In this document: piece by piece, positions 35,603 to 45,552 of the stretch | How positions within the stretch are numbered: the first letter of the stretch is position 1 | How the letters are laid out: each line of letters starts with the position of its first letter | Origin: Planctomycetota bacterium | GTDB lineage: Bacteria; Planctomycetota; Brocadiia; JAADGH01 | Direction: 5' to 3' | DNA length: 64,000 bases | Assembly (NCBI GenBank): GCA_040755855.1 | Contig: JBFMAD010000005.1 | Coordinates: 64,001 to 128,000 of the forward strand | Notes under the pieces: generated by a model | Databases searched by the model: none | Told to the model about the DNA's origin: nothing | What the model saw: the letters and a program-made list of their open reading frames with translations, nothing else | Position numbers and translations under genes: made by a program

Positions 35603-38600
35603 ATGATGAATGCAAAGGCAAGTGACGTGTTCCTATCCGTATTGGTGATTGCGGCGATGGCGGCTGTTGTCCTAAGCCAAGATGGAATCGGCTTCGTCAA
35701 CCTCGACTTCGAGCAGGGCAAGGAGCCGTGGGGCGTATGGTACTCCGACGACCCGAACTATGCGGGACCGAAGTTCGAGTACGGTCCCGACGCCGCTGTC
35801 GCCCACTCCGGCAAGGCGTCCATGCGGATCATCGCCACCAGCCGCGACGCTCGGGCCTTCGTCTGCCAGAGCACGGAGAAATTCAAGCCTGGGACGCGGT
35901 ACGAACTCTCCTACTGGCTGAAAGTGAGCAGCCCGGAGATGGCCGAGACCTGCGTGGTGAATATCAACCTGCGCAAACCCCGACCCGACGGCCAGGGACT
36001 CCAGATGCGCAGCATCCGCCCCAATGTCTTCACCAGCCCCGGCAAGGACGGCTGGGTGCTCCGCCGCGCGGTGATTGATGTGGACCCGGACGCGAAGTCC
36101 ATGCAGATCGGCCTCTACGTCCAGAACACCGTCGGCACGGCCTGGTTCGACGACGTTTGCCTGCGCGAATGGAAAGAGGGGGCGATCAGTGTTGACAGCA
36201 TGTACGATTATTATCCGCTTCAGGTCAAACTCGAAGGGGACATGGTTCGGCGGTTCGGCAAACTCGTCAACGACAAGTCTCCGTTTCTTGACCGGGCCAA
36301 GGCTTATAACCAGCTTATGGTTGACGTCGCGCGCCTGACCGAGGACGCCCGGCGGCTGCAACGCGGCGCGTTCTACCTCGCGGGTCTTGGAGGCAAGGTG
36401 GACGTGTTCGCGGAAGCCGCGGCGGCATCGGACATCGAGAAGGAACTGGATCAACTCTACCAGTTGTACGGTCGGTTGTTCGCAGCGAAGAACGATGCCG
36501 GCCTTCCCGAGTTCGACAAGACCGCACACACACTTGCCGACAAAACCAAGGCGGCGCGGGAGGCCATCGGGAAGAAAACTGTGGAACTCCAGGGTATGGC
36601 CAAGCAATGGAGCCCGGCATGGTCCGTTCCTCCCGCGCCCGAACCGAAGTCCATCGTCGTCACGCCCGACGGCAGGCCGAACCAGATTGTGATCGGCACG
36701 CGGAGTTCTACCACACATTTTGAACTGGAAGCGCCGTTGACCATCCGCAATCTGCACAACGTCTCGGTGCAATACGACATGGGGAAGCTCACGGACCCGA
36801 CCAAGAAGTATGAGTTCTCGTTCACGCTTGAGCAGTGGGACAAGCTGAAGGCGCTCGGCGTCGAACAGGCGTCGTTGGCGACGGCCCTGGTCCTGCACGA
36901 CAACCAGATGACCCCCGCGTGGTTCGAGGCAAAACTCAAGGACGATCCCGACCTCCTCCTGCGCGCTGCGGACGGGGCGAAGATCAAGGAATGGCGCAAG
37001 GGCAGCCCGCCGCTCAACACCTGGCATCCAGAAGTGCGCGCGATGACCCTCGATCTCATCGCGCAAATGGGGCAAGTCTTCCGTCCGCACAGTCAGTTCC
37101 TCTGGTATATCGTTCAAGCGGAGAACGTCGGCCCATTTTTCACCGTCGAGACCGGCGTGCGATCCATCGGCTACAACCCCTCGGCGCTGCCGGACTTCCA
37201 TGCGTGGCTAAGAGCGCGCTACAAAACAATCGCCGAGATCAACCGACGGTGGAAGACCAACTATGCACGCTTCGAGGAGATTCAGCCGCCGGAGGATTTG
37301 TGCCTTGTCACGGAATGGAAGCGTCCCCACCCGCTGGGCTATGAGTTCCAGTCGTGGCGGGAGGACCGCCATTTCGCCTGGGCGAAGATGATCTACGATG
37401 CGCTCAAGAAGGCCGACCCGATCAAGCCGGTCTTCTCCAGTCCAAGTTGCTTTCTCCGTTCGCTGGACGGAAGCCGCTTGTTCGAGACGGTGGACATCAT
37501 GGGGTTCCATGCCCGCTCGCCGCATTTCATGCTTGGCTCGATTTACATCCACAGCCTCAACCGGTTCGCCAGAAAAAACTTGGGGCAGTATGAGTGCTTC
37601 TGGGGCTGCCAGGAAGACAGGCCGCGCATCGCCGAGGAAAGGGTGCAGCGCGCCGCGATGATGAAATACCTGTATCGGCTCACCGTCTGGGGCCGCTATG
37701 CGCAGGTCTGGTGGTACGCCTACACATCGGCGGATTATCTCCTCGACTACAACGGCAACTGGTTCAATCCAGTTTACGACCTGACGACGCTTCGCTACTG
37801 TGCCGCCGCGTTGCCGGTGGGGAAGGAGAAGGTGAAACGGCTCGAAGATATTTTCATGGACTCGGCCATCGTCCCGTCGCGGGTGGCCATGATCCAGCCC
37901 ATTACATCCATGCTGTTCCAGAAATATGCGCGCGGCGAGTCCTTCCTCGAAATGATGGAGCTGCATGATCGGCTCTTCGCGCAAAACGACCTCTACGAAT
38001 TGATCCCCGAGACCTACTTCCTGGACGGGCGGGCATCGTTGGACAACTTCGACGTTGTCATTCTTCCCCACGCCCCGTACTTCCCCGACAGGTTGTCCGA
38101 CCAACTCAAGAGGTGGGTGGAGAAGGGGGGGCTGTTGGTCTCGACCGGTCCCTTCGGCCTGTATGACAAGTTCGGGTTCGACGACGCTGCGCTGTGGAAG
38201 GATGTGTTCGGCCCGAACGTTGCCACACGCCTGACCTCCGCGCAGGAGAGCGACTGGCACTGGGACGTCCCCGTCCTGAGCGACTCATTCGGACTGTTCC
38301 AGGGATCGCTCGGCAAAGGACGAGTTATCGTAACTCTGCATTCCCTGCGCAATGCCGCTTTTGCGAAGAAGGTCGGGCCGCTCCTCACCGAGGCCATAGA
38401 GGCCAAGGCCCCGCCGGCGGCGCGCTGCGCGTCGAACGACTTCGAGATGACGCTGCACAGGCACAAGGCCGGCAAATTGTATCTCTGTGTCATCAACCGG
38501 AATGTGGACAAGCCGGTGGAGGATGATGTGGTTTTGCGGGGCGAGTTCAAGCGAGGCGTAGATCTCGACACGGCCGGCGGTTTCCCCATTCGTTTCACCG

Positions 38601-38674
38601 CCGCCGACGGCCGGACCGCGTTTCGGCTGCGGCTAGAGCCTGCGGAGTTCACGATGATCGAGTTGGAGGAATAA
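35603..38674 (+). CDS. Exported GH42-like (beta-galactosidase family) glycoside hydrolase with a CBM4/9-like domain
   Basis: AAGGAGG before ATG 35603/35606; signal peptide; NLDFEQG...AWFDDV; FHAWLRARYKTIAEINRRWKTNYARFEEIQPP; trimerisation-like domain (VVILP...WVEKGG). Confidence 0.7.
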   Translation: MMNAKASDVFLSVLVIAAMAAVVLSQDGIGFVNLDFEQGKEPWGVWYSDDPNYAGPKFEYGPDAAVAHSGKASMRIIATSRDARAFVCQSTEKFKPGTRYELSYWLKVSSPEMAETCVVNINLRKPRPDGQGLQMRSIRPNVFTSPGKDGWVLRRAVIDVDPDAKSMQIGLYVQNTVGTAWFDDVCLREWKEGAISVDSMYDYYPLQVKLEGDMVRRFGKLVNDKSPFLDRAKAYNQLMVDVARLTEDARRLQRGAFYLAGLGGKVDVFAEAAAASDIEKELDQLYQLYGRLFAAKNDAGLPEFDKTAHTLADKTKAAREAIGKKTVELQGMAKQWSPAWSVPPAPEPKSIVVTPDGRPNQIVIGTRSSTTHFELEAPLTIRNLHNVSVQYDMGKLTDPTKKYEFSFTLEQWDKLKALGVEQASLATALVLHDNQMTPAWFEAKLKDDPDLLLRAADGAKIKEWRKGSPPLNTWHPEVRAMTLDLIAQMGQVFRPHSQFLWYIVQAENVGPFFTVETGVRSIGYNPSALPDFHAWLRARYKTIAEINRRWKTNYARFEEIQPPEDLCLVTEWKRPHPLGYEFQSWREDRHFAWAKMIYDALKKADPIKPVFSSPSCFLRSLDGSRLFETVDIMGFHARSPHFMLGSIYIHSLNRFARKNLGQYECFWGCQEDRPRIAEERVQRAAMMKYLYRLTVWGRYAQVWWYAYTSADYLLDYNGNWFNPVYDLTTLRYCAAALPVGKEKVKRLEDIFMDSAIVPSRVAMIQPITSMLFQKYARGESFLEMMELHDRLFAQNDLYELIPETYFLDGRASLDNFDVVILPHAPYFPDRLSDQLKRWVEKGGLLVSTGPFGLYDKFGFDDAALWKDVFGPNVATRLTSAQESDWHWDVPVLSDSFGLFQGSLGKGRVIVTLHSLRNAAFAKKVGPLLTEAIEAKAPPAARCASNDFEMTLHRHKAGKLYLCVINRNVDKPVEDDVVLRGEFKRGVDLDTAGGFPIRFTAADGRTAFRLRLEPAEFTMIELEE

Positions 38675-38738
38675 GGCGCGAATAACGCTCTCGCCAGCCG
38701 CGTAGAGACTCCTGGAAAAAAGGAAAGGAGGAGCGGCC

Positions 38739-39533
38739 ATGCGAAGCGTCGTCAGGCAACTGTCCGACCCACGATACCAATTAAAGCCGTTGAAACGCGC
38801 CCCAGGGCATGGTAAAATCGTGCAGGCGATTGCGACCGACCTGACTTCAAAGAACGGGAGTTTGCGGTTGAAGGACGACAAGGAAAAAGACGCACCTGCC
38901 CGCCCATCGCCCGAGGGCGAGGTGTGCCCGAAGTGCGGTCATCTGAACGAACGCTACGCCCTCCGATGTGACGCATGCGGCGCCGTGATTGACGCCGGAG
39001 GCGCGCCCCAGCCCGAACCGCCGCCCCTCGAATCAAAGCGCGAAGCAGAGGAACCTTCCCCCACGCCGGAGGCAAGTGCCGTCGGACCGCCCCCTGTTGA
39101 GACGCCCCAAGCCGAGGCGCCTCGCCCCTCCCCGGGGCTGACGCTAAAGTCCCCACCCCCGAAACAGGTGACCCCGCCACCGAAGGCCATCGTCAGCGAG
39201 GAGTTCAAGCTCTGCGACAAGTGCGCCGCTCACGTCCCAGCCGGTTCACCGACGTGTCCATCCTGCGGGGCATTGCTTCGAGCCGCCCGATCGGAAATTG
39301 CCGCACACCAGGCGATTGGAGAGAGATACACAGGAACAGTCGCAATCGTCCTCGCCATTGCAAGCATGGTGCTCTTGCGGTACGGTCGGCCCTTCGCCCT
39401 CCCCGCAAGCGGTCTGGCCATCCTCGTGGGGATACTGGCCTTTCGGCGGGACGAACAACCGGGACTCGGCATGTTGGCCGTCATAGTCGGCATCCTCGCC
39501 ATCTTCGGGGTAATTATTGCGCCGATGTTTTGA
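38739..39533 (+). CDS. Double zinc-ribbon membrane protein
   Basis: CPKC..CDAC and CDKC..CPSC separated by a Pro-rich linker; three C-terminal TM segments; AGGAGG upstream. Confidence 0.7.
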   Translation: MRSVVRQLSDPRYQLKPLKRAPGHGKIVQAIATDLTSKNGSLRLKDDKEKDAPARPSPEGEVCPKCGHLNERYALRCDACGAVIDAGGAPQPEPPPLESKREAEEPSPTPEASAVGPPPVETPQAEAPRPSPGLTLKSPPPKQVTPPPKAIVSEEFKLCDKCAAHVPAGSPTCPSCGALLRAARSEIAAHQAIGERYTGTVAIVLAIASMVLLRYGRPFALPASGLAILVGILAFRRDEQPGLGMLAVIVGILAIFGVIIAPMF

Positions 39534-39562
39534 ACAACCGTTGGAGCTTTCCGACCAAGCGG

Positions 39563-39588
39563 AAAACCCCGGCTTATACAGCCAGGGC
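39563..39588 (-). terminator. Putative intrinsic terminator after tRNA-Asp
   Basis: Minus strand CCCTGGCT-GTATA-AGCCGGGG followed by TTTT. Confidence 0.5.
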
Positions 39589-39608
39589 CGCAGGAAGGCG
39601 AGAAAATG

Positions 39609-39686
39609 TGGCGAGCCCGACGGGACTCGAACCCGCAACCCCCAGATCGACAGTCTGGTACTCTAACCAAATTGAGCTACGGGCCC
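39609..39686 (-). tRNA. tRNA-Asp(GTC), CCA encoded
   Basis: Reverse complement: GGGCCCG TA GCTC AATTTGGTTA GAGT A CCAGA CT-GTC-GA TCTGG GGGTT GCGGG TTCGAGT CCCGT CGGGCTC G CCA. Confidence 0.96.
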
Positions 39687-39713
39687 GCCTTGATTGGATC
39701 ACTACAAAAAAGT

Positions 39714-39742
39714 AGTATAGCGTCGTCGTCCTCGCATGTCAA
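39714..39742 (-). promoter_or_regulatory. Sigma70 promoter of tRNA-Asp
   Basis: Minus strand TTGACA (39742-39737), 17 nt, TATACT (39719-39714). Confidence 0.7.
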
Positions 39743-39756
39743 GAGCAAAAAGTCTA

Positions 39757-39947
39757 TTTGGACTGCGGCAGCCATGCTGCCGCCTTTCTTGCGGGAAGCC
39801 GGGCTTCCCGCTCTTCCGTTGCGGAGGCGGCGTCGCCGTCAGGCCATGTCTCTGCGCCTTCGTACGGTTGCTGCGCCAGCGTCGGGAAGCAGGGCTTCCC
39901 GATGTCAAGGCGCAACCACGCCTAGGCGTGGTTGCGCACACCGCAAA
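39757..39947. repeat. Cluster of four GC-rich palindromes (REP/REPIN-like)
   Basis: GCGGCAGC-cat-GCTGCCGC (39765-39783); GCGGGAAGCC-g-GGCTTCCCGC (39791-39811); TCGGGAAGC-agg-GCTTCCCGA (39882-39902); perfect 28-bp palindrome at 39910-39937. Confidence 0.75.
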
Positions 39948-40135
39948 CACAACGACCTCCCTTATCCAGCGATAGAGATGACATGCACACGTACGCGAGT
40001 TAGACCTTGAATTTCCTCGCTCCTGACGGTAGAATTACTGTTTTTGCAAAATACATGTCCCCCGTTCCTGCCATCATCTCCTGGTGGCCTGAACCATGGG
40101 CCAATCGCAGTGTGTGAGGAGGCGCAAGGCATTTG

Positions 40136-41566
40136 ATGTCCGAAAAGAAGATTACGAAGCGGAGCGAAGACTACTCCCGTTGGTATACCGACATTGTGCA
40201 GCGGGCCCAGCTCGCCGACTACGCCCCCGTCAAGGGGTGCATGGTCATGCGCCCATACGGGTTTGCGATCTGGGAACGGCTCAGGGAGGCCCTCGACAAA
40301 ATGTTCAAGGAGACGGGGCACTCCAACGCCTACTTCCCCCTGTTCATTCCTGAGAGCTTCATGAAAAAGGAGGCTGAACATGTAGAGGGCTTCGCGCCCG
40401 AATGCGCGGTGGTCACACACGGCGGGGGCGAAAAGCTCGAGGAGCCGCTTTATGTCCGCCCCACATCGGAGACGATCATCTGGAGCATGTACGGCAAATG
40501 GATCCAATCCCACCGCGATCTGCCCCTGCTAATCAACCAGTGGGCGAACATCGTGCGATGGGAACGGCGGACCCGCCTCTTCCTCCGCACCACGGAATTC
40601 CTCTGGCAGGAGGGCCACACCGCCCACGCCACGGCCGAAGAAGCAATGGAAGAGGTGCTTCGGATGCTTGACGTCTATCGCGTCTTCGCCGAGGACTATA
40701 TGGCCATGCCCGTCCTCAAGGGCAAGAAGACCGAAAGCGAGAAATTCGCCGGCGCCGTGGATACCTATTGCATCGAGGCCATGATGCAGGACAAACGGGC
40801 TCTCCAGGCAGGGACATCGCACTTCCTCGGCCAGAATTTCGCCAAGGCATTCAACGTGCAGTTCCAGGATGAGCAGGGGAAGCTGCAATACGTCTATGCC
40901 ACGAGCTGGGGCGTCTCGTGGCGGCTTATCGGCGGACTCATCATGACGCACAGCGACGATCAGGGGCTGGTGCTCCCGCCGAAGATGGCCCCTATTCAGG
41001 TCGTTATCGTCCCCATTTGGAAAAAGAGCGACGACAAGACGAAGATCCTGGCGGCGGCAAACAAGATCAAGAGCGAGATCGAGTCCGTCGCGACGGTGAA
41101 GCTCGACGACGCCGAGACCGCCAGCCCCGGCTTCAAGTTCAACGAGTGGGAGATGCGCGGCGTGCCGCTGCGCGTCGAAATCGGCCCGCGCGACCTGGCC
41201 AACCAGCAGGTCGTTTTTGCCCGACGCGATACGGGCGAGAAGACATCAGTCCCCCTGAACGGCGTCGGCGAGCAGGCCAAGACGATGCTGGACAATATCC
41301 AAAAGTCCCTGTTCGACACAGCCAAGAAGTTCCGCGAGGACAATACGCGGAACATAGAGCGGTACGATGATCTCAAGTCGTTCCTGGAGTCGGGCGGGTT
41401 TGCCGAGTCCCACTGGTGCGGCTCCGCCGAGTGCGAGGCAAGGCTTCAGGAGGAGACCAAGGCCACGATCCGATGCATACCCATCGCCCAGAAGAAGGAA
41501 AGCGGCGTGTGCATTCTCTGCGGCAAGCCGTCTGATGGCCGCGTCGTGATGGCGAAGGCGTACTGA
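40136..41566 (+). CDS. proS: Proline--tRNA ligase (archaeal/eukaryote-like type, no INS editing domain)
   Basis: [44 protein letters not shown]-terminal AKAY. Confidence 0.96.
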   Translation: MSEKKITKRSEDYSRWYTDIVQRAQLADYAPVKGCMVMRPYGFAIWERLREALDKMFKETGHSNAYFPLFIPESFMKKEAEHVEGFAPECAVVTHGGGEKLEEPLYVRPTSETIIWSMYGKWIQSHRDLPLLINQWANIVRWERRTRLFLRTTEFLWQEGHTAHATAEEAMEEVLRMLDVYRVFAEDYMAMPVLKGKKTESEKFAGAVDTYCIEAMMQDKRALQAGTSHFLGQNFAKAFNVQFQDEQGKLQYVYATSWGVSWRLIGGLIMTHSDDQGLVLPPKMAPIQVVIVPIWKKSDDKTKILAAANKIKSEIESVATVKLDDAETASPGFKFNEWEMRGVPLRVEIGPRDLANQQVVFARRDTGEKTSVPLNGVGEQAKTMLDNIQKSLFDTAKKFREDNTRNIERYDDLKSFLESGGFAESHWCGSAECEARLQEETKATIRCIPIAQKKESGVCILCGKPSDGRVVMAKAY

Positions 41567-41801
41567 CCGTTCGATTTTTTGTTAGCCAAGCGTTTTTTGT
41601 TTCGCAAAAGTACACTTTTTTCGCACTCTTGTACACATGTGCACGACTCGGTTTCGGGCGGTAAAATTAGCGTAATAGATGGCGGGAAAATAGGATAGGA
41701 CTCTTATCCGACGCGATTTTGCGATGATTTGAAAACGGAAACATGTACCGGAAGCCTCCGTTTTTGGAGGATCGGTCCGTGTCCCTAAAGGTCCGAGATG
41801 C

Positions 41802-41895
41802 TGGCGGAGAGGGGGGGATTCGAACCCCCGGCACACCTTGAAGGGCGTGCACAGCATTTCCAATGCTGCTCCTTCAGCCACTCAGACACCTCTCC
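41802..41895 (-). tRNA. tRNA-Ser(GGA), CCA encoded
   Basis: Reverse complement GGAGAGG...CAGCA TT-GGA-AA TGCTG, long variable arm, GGGGG TTCGAAT CCCCC CCTCTCC G CCA. Confidence 0.96.
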
Positions 41896-41919
41896 GCGTG
41901 TGCTCTGTGATTGATCTAT

Positions 41920-41948
41920 ATCTTAACGGATGAGCCGCCGATTGTCAA
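41920..41948 (-). promoter_or_regulatory. Putative sigma70 promoter of tRNA-Ser
   Basis: Minus strand TTGACA (41948-41943), 17 nt, TAAGAT (41925-41920). Confidence 0.6.
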
Positions 41949-42866
41949 CTATTCAAAGAGCGCATCCACAAAGGCGTCCGCGTTGAACGTCTGGATGTCC
42001 TCCGGTTTTTCGCCTACACCTACCAGCTTGACAGGGATGTCAATCTGGTTGCGCATGCCGAGCACGATCCCGCCCTTGGCCGTGCCATCGAGCTTAGCCA
42101 GGATGATGCCGGTGACGCCGACCGCCGCGCTGAAGAGTTTGGCCTGGCTGATGGCGTTCTGGCCGGTGGTGGCGTCGAGGACAAGCAGTACCTCATGGGG
42201 CGCGCCGGGAATCTTCTTGCCGACAACGCGGTGTATTTTCTGGAGTTCGTTCATCAGGTTGCGCTCGGTGTGAAGCCGCCCGGCGGTGTCCACGATGACC
42301 ACATCCGCTCCACGCGCCAGCGCCGCTTCGAGGGCGTCGAAGGCCACGGCGCCCGGGTCCGCGCCTGATTGATGGCGGACAATGTCCACGCCGATCCGTT
42401 GGCTCCAGATTTCGAGCTGCTCCACCGCCGCGGCGCGGAAGGTGTCGGATGCGGCGAGCAATACATTCTTGCCGTCATTCTTCAGCAAGTTGGCGAGCTT
42501 GGCGATGGATGTGGTCTTGCCGGAGCCGTTGACGCCCGCCACAAGTAGGACAGTAGGGGGGGTGGGAGCGAAGTGAATCTCCGTGTCCCACCCGCGCAGG
42601 CTTTGCTTCATCTCGGTTTTCAGGAAGTCGAGTACCTGGGAGGAGTCGTCAATCTTCTTGTCCTTGTAGGCCTGCTGGAGGTCCTCGATGATCTTCATCG
42701 TGACCTGCGGGCCTATGTCGGAGGCGAGGAGAATCTCTTCAATTTCCTCCAGACATTCCTCGTCAATCTTCCTTCCGAGGGTCAGAATGGCCTTCATGCC
42801 CGCGGCGAATTTTGCGCGGGTCTTCTGAAGCCCTTCTTTCAGTTTGCTGAGAGAGAACCAAGCCAT
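41949..42866 (-). CDS. ftsY: SRP receptor GTPase FtsY
   Basis: [37 protein letters not shown]. Confidence 0.96.
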   Translation of the reverse strand: MAWFSLSKLKEGLQKTRAKFAAGMKAILTLGRKIDEECLEEIEEILLASDIGPQVTMKIIEDLQQAYKDKKIDDSSQVLDFLKTEMKQSLRGWDTEIHFAPTPPTVLLVAGVNGSGKTTSIAKLANLLKNDGKNVLLAASDTFRAAAVEQLEIWSQRIGVDIVRHQSGADPGAVAFDALEAALARGADVVIVDTAGRLHTERNLMNELQKIHRVVGKKIPGAPHEVLLVLDATTGQNAISQAKLFSAAVGVTGIILAKLDGTAKGGIVLGMRNQIDIPVKLVGVGEKPEDIQTFNADAFVDALFE

Positions 42867-42900
42867 AGTTCACCGTGTGGGGATCAGATAATGAGGGCGG

Positions 42901-43773
42901 TTAGAGCCTGACCGTTTGGGCCATTCCCCGGAGGCGATCAACGCACTCTGCGGGAACGCGCACTCGCCCGAGATAACTGTCGTCCTTCCATGCGCCGTGC
43001 CAATCGGCCCCGCCGCTCAGGGCAAGATCGTACTCGTGCGCGAGGCGGAGGTAGTAGTGAAAGTCCGCCTCGTTCTGCTGGGCCCAGTAGACCTCGATGG
43101 CCCCCAGTCCGGCCTCTGCGAGGCTGGGAATCAGTTCGTCCCGGCCGGTCAGAAGGGGATGGGCAAGGACAGAAACGCCGCCGGCGTTTGCGATCAGATC
43201 AATTGCTTCCTCCGGCGGGAGGGACATCTTCGGCACATACGCCGGGGCGTTGTCGCCCAGGTAGCGCCGGAACGCCTCGTTGTAGTTCGCTGCGTAGCCG
43301 GCGTTGATCAGGGCGGCGGCCATGTGCGGCCGGCCCGGGTTGGCCCGGCTGGCGATCTCAAGGACAGTTTCAGGGGCAACGTCAATGTCCATTCCGGCAA
43401 GTCGTTCGCTCATCTCGGCGATGCGCTCTCGTCGTCGGCGCCGGATTTCCTTGAGTTTAGCGCCGAGCGCTTTCTCCCTGGGATCAATGAACAGGCCCAC
43501 AATGTGAATCTCCCCCGCATGGTCGGAGGCCGATAGTTCCACACCGGGGATGACCTCGACGCCGAGCTTCTCGCCCTGGCGAAGGGCATATGCAAGCCCC
43601 GCCGTCGTGTCATGATCGGTGATGGCAATGGCGCTAAGGCCGATGTCTTTCGCCCGTTGCACGGCCTCGGCGGGCGTAGCCGAGCCGTCGGAGTGGACCG
43701 TGTGCAGATGTAGATCCGCCCCGCCGAATTCATTGGTTGGAACCACCGGATCGTCGAATTTCAAACTACTCAC
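42901..43773 (-). CDS. PHP-domain metallophosphoesterase (TrpH/YciV-like)
   Basis: DLHLHTVHSDG, ITDHDT, GVELS, GRPH, LAHP, GGADWHG. Confidence 0.9.
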   Translation of the reverse strand: MSSLKFDDPVVPTNEFGGADLHLHTVHSDGSATPAEAVQRAKDIGLSAIAITDHDTTAGLAYALRQGEKLGVEVIPGVELSASDHAGEIHIVGLFIDPREKALGAKLKEIRRRRRERIAEMSERLAGMDIDVAPETVLEIASRANPGRPHMAAALINAGYAANYNEAFRRYLGDNAPAYVPKMSLPPEEAIDLIANAGGVSVLAHPLLTGRDELIPSLAEAGLGAIEVYWAQQNEADFHYYLRLAHEYDLALSGGADWHGAWKDDSYLGRVRVPAECVDRLRGMAQTVRL

Positions 43774-43781
43774 GGATGTGT

Positions 43782-44321
43782 TCAGTCCTCCCTTTCCGTC
43801 AAGGGACCGGTGCGGCCGGTTTCCCGGATGTTGTCCAGGATGCCGTTGACGAACGATCCGGACTCGGCCCCGCCGAATCGCTTCGCCAGGTCAATGGCCT
43901 CGTTCAGCGCCACCTTGGGGGGGATATCCTCTTGAAACATCAGCTCATAGGCCCCGATGCGCAAGATCGTCAAGTCCACCAGGGCCATGCGGGCGAGGTC
44001 CCAGTGCTCGGTCGTTCCCTTGAGTTTTTGGTCAATGGCTTCTGTCTGCGCCCGGACGCCGTTCATCAGGATCAGGAGATATTCCGCGACGGCGGCGTCC
44101 GGCTTCGCGTCGCGCAGAAATTCCCCTCCGTCCGAGTATCGTTTCACGTTGCGCAGCCGCCACTGATCGTCCGCCAGCCCCAATTCGTATTCAAGGACGG
44201 TATCCTTCCATGACTTCTCGCGGCAGAAAATGCCGGCGTCGGCGCAGGCCTTCTCGCCAAGCAATTGCCATTGGTAGAGGCCCTGGAGGGCAATCTCTCG
44301 GGCGCGAGTGCGCTTTCTCAT
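43782..44321 (-). CDS. nusB: Transcription antitermination factor NusB (with an insertion)
   Basis: RTRAREIALQGLYQ; DLTILRIGAYE; NEAIDLAKRF; FVNGILD. Confidence 0.93.
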   Translation of the reverse strand: MRKRTRAREIALQGLYQWQLLGEKACADAGIFCREKSWKDTVLEYELGLADDQWRLRNVKRYSDGGEFLRDAKPDAAVAEYLLILMNGVRAQTEAIDQKLKGTTEHWDLARMALVDLTILRIGAYELMFQEDIPPKVALNEAIDLAKRFGGAESGSFVNGILDNIRETGRTGPLTERED

Positions 44322-44353
44322 GGACCCGTCTCAAGGAAGGCTGCGCCAACCCA

Positions 44354-44830
44354 TCACTTTTTTGAGGACATCTGCGCGAACAGGTTCACCATCTCGATAG
44401 CGGCCAGCGCTGCGTCGGCCCCCTTGTTGCCCGACTTCGTGCCGGCGCGCTCGATGGCCTGTTCGATGTTATCGGTGGTCAGCACCCCGAAGGTGGTGGG
44501 CACGCCGGTGGACAGCCCCACCTGCGCGATCCCTTTGGCCGCTTCGGCGGCCACGTACTCGAAATGAGGAGTCGCGCCCCGGATGACCGCCCCGAGGCAG
44601 ACAACGGCGTCATACTTCCCGCTTTCCGCCACACGCTTGGCCGTCAGGGGCATCTCGAAAGAGCCTGGGACCCAATATACATCAATATCTTTCTCGGCCA
44701 CGCCATGCCGCTCCAGGCAGTCAATGGCCCCGGACAAGAGCTTGTTCGTGATGAATTCGTTGAACCGGCTGGCGACGAGGCCGAATTTTTTTCCGTCGCC
44801 TTTCAACTTGCCCTGGATGATGTTTGCCAT
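44354..44830 (-). CDS. ribH: 6,7-dimethyl-8-ribityllumazine synthase
   Basis: [40 protein letters not shown]. Confidence 0.97.
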   Translation of the reverse strand: MANIIQGKLKGDGKKFGLVASRFNEFITNKLLSGAIDCLERHGVAEKDIDVYWVPGSFEMPLTAKRVAESGKYDAVVCLGAVIRGATPHFEYVAAEAAKGIAQVGLSTGVPTTFGVLTTDNIEQAIERAGTKSGNKGADAALAAIEMVNLFAQMSSKK

Positions 44831-44935
44831 GCGTGGGGTTCCTTCAGGCGTAAGTTATCTGACAAAGCAATATTATATCAAAATTGCTTGGCATTGCAAG
44901 CCTTTTCCTGCCGGGACTCAGGATCGTGTGCCGCA

Positions 44936-45364
44936 CTATTCCCTGGTTTTGAACACCCAGACGAACGGCACGGCCGCACTGCCGTCCAACGACTTGAATC
45001 CCGTGTAGCGCGAGTCGTTCACGCCGACGGCGTAGAGTGTATTTGGACTGAGCCTGACCGGCAGCACACACGTGCGCCCGTCGTCTTCCCACCGGGGCGG
45101 CGGGCTTCCGCGATAGCCGGGGTACACGCCGATCCGCTCGTGCATGATCCATGAAAAGTTCTCCCCGACGGTCATGGGGCGGTCGAAAATGACCTTGATC
45201 TCGGTCAGCCGGAAGTCCACGTCCTTCGCCCGGTTAGCCGGCTCCACCTTGACGACACAGGGCGGGAGATCCGGGTCGAAATCCAGGCCCTTGTCTTGAG
45301 CCAGAGCGAATGGGACCAGGAGTCCGGCGGTCAGAACAATAGCAGTCCATTTTATGCGTTTCAT
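44936..45364 (-). CDS. Exported Ig-like (Big_5/SbsA-like) domain protein
   Basis: Signal peptide from ATG 45364; PCVVKVEPAN.A.DV, IKVIFDRPM, LSPNTLY, FKT. Confidence 0.7.
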   Translation of the reverse strand: MKRIKWTAIVLTAGLLVPFALAQDKGLDFDPDLPPCVVKVEPANRAKDVDFRLTEIKVIFDRPMTVGENFSWIMHERIGVYPGYRGSPPPRWEDDGRTCVLPVRLSPNTLYAVGVNDSRYTGFKSLDGSAAVPFVWVFKTRE

Positions 45365-45552
45365 GTCTTTCTCCAATCACGCGGCGATGCGCATCTTACG
45401 CCTACCGTTGCTGACGGCAAGCATAGCATGATATTCGCGGTTCAGCAAGGAGTTTTTATTGCTTGAATGCCTTGACGACCGCAAGGACAGGTGATATGCT
45501 TATTACGGCGGCTCCGACTGCCCGGCCCCTGGGGAGACTGAGAAGCAGAACG

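Noticed and set aside
18502..39609. Accessory region between tRNA-Val and tRNA-Asp as an integrative element
   Set aside because: No integrase, transposase or att-like direct repeat was found by eye, only patchy lower-GC stretches.
39757..39947. CRISPR array
   Set aside because: Only two similar units, 91 bp apart, with no regular repeat-spacer period and no cas genes.
40136..41566. Archaeal/eukaryote-type ProRS as a novel horizontal transfer
   Set aside because: This ProRS type is well known in many bacterial phyla.
42901..42909. TTAGAGCCT as a third copy of the 13-bp repeat
   Set aside because: Only 9 bp match and the site is the stop region of the PHP gene, so it is probably chance.
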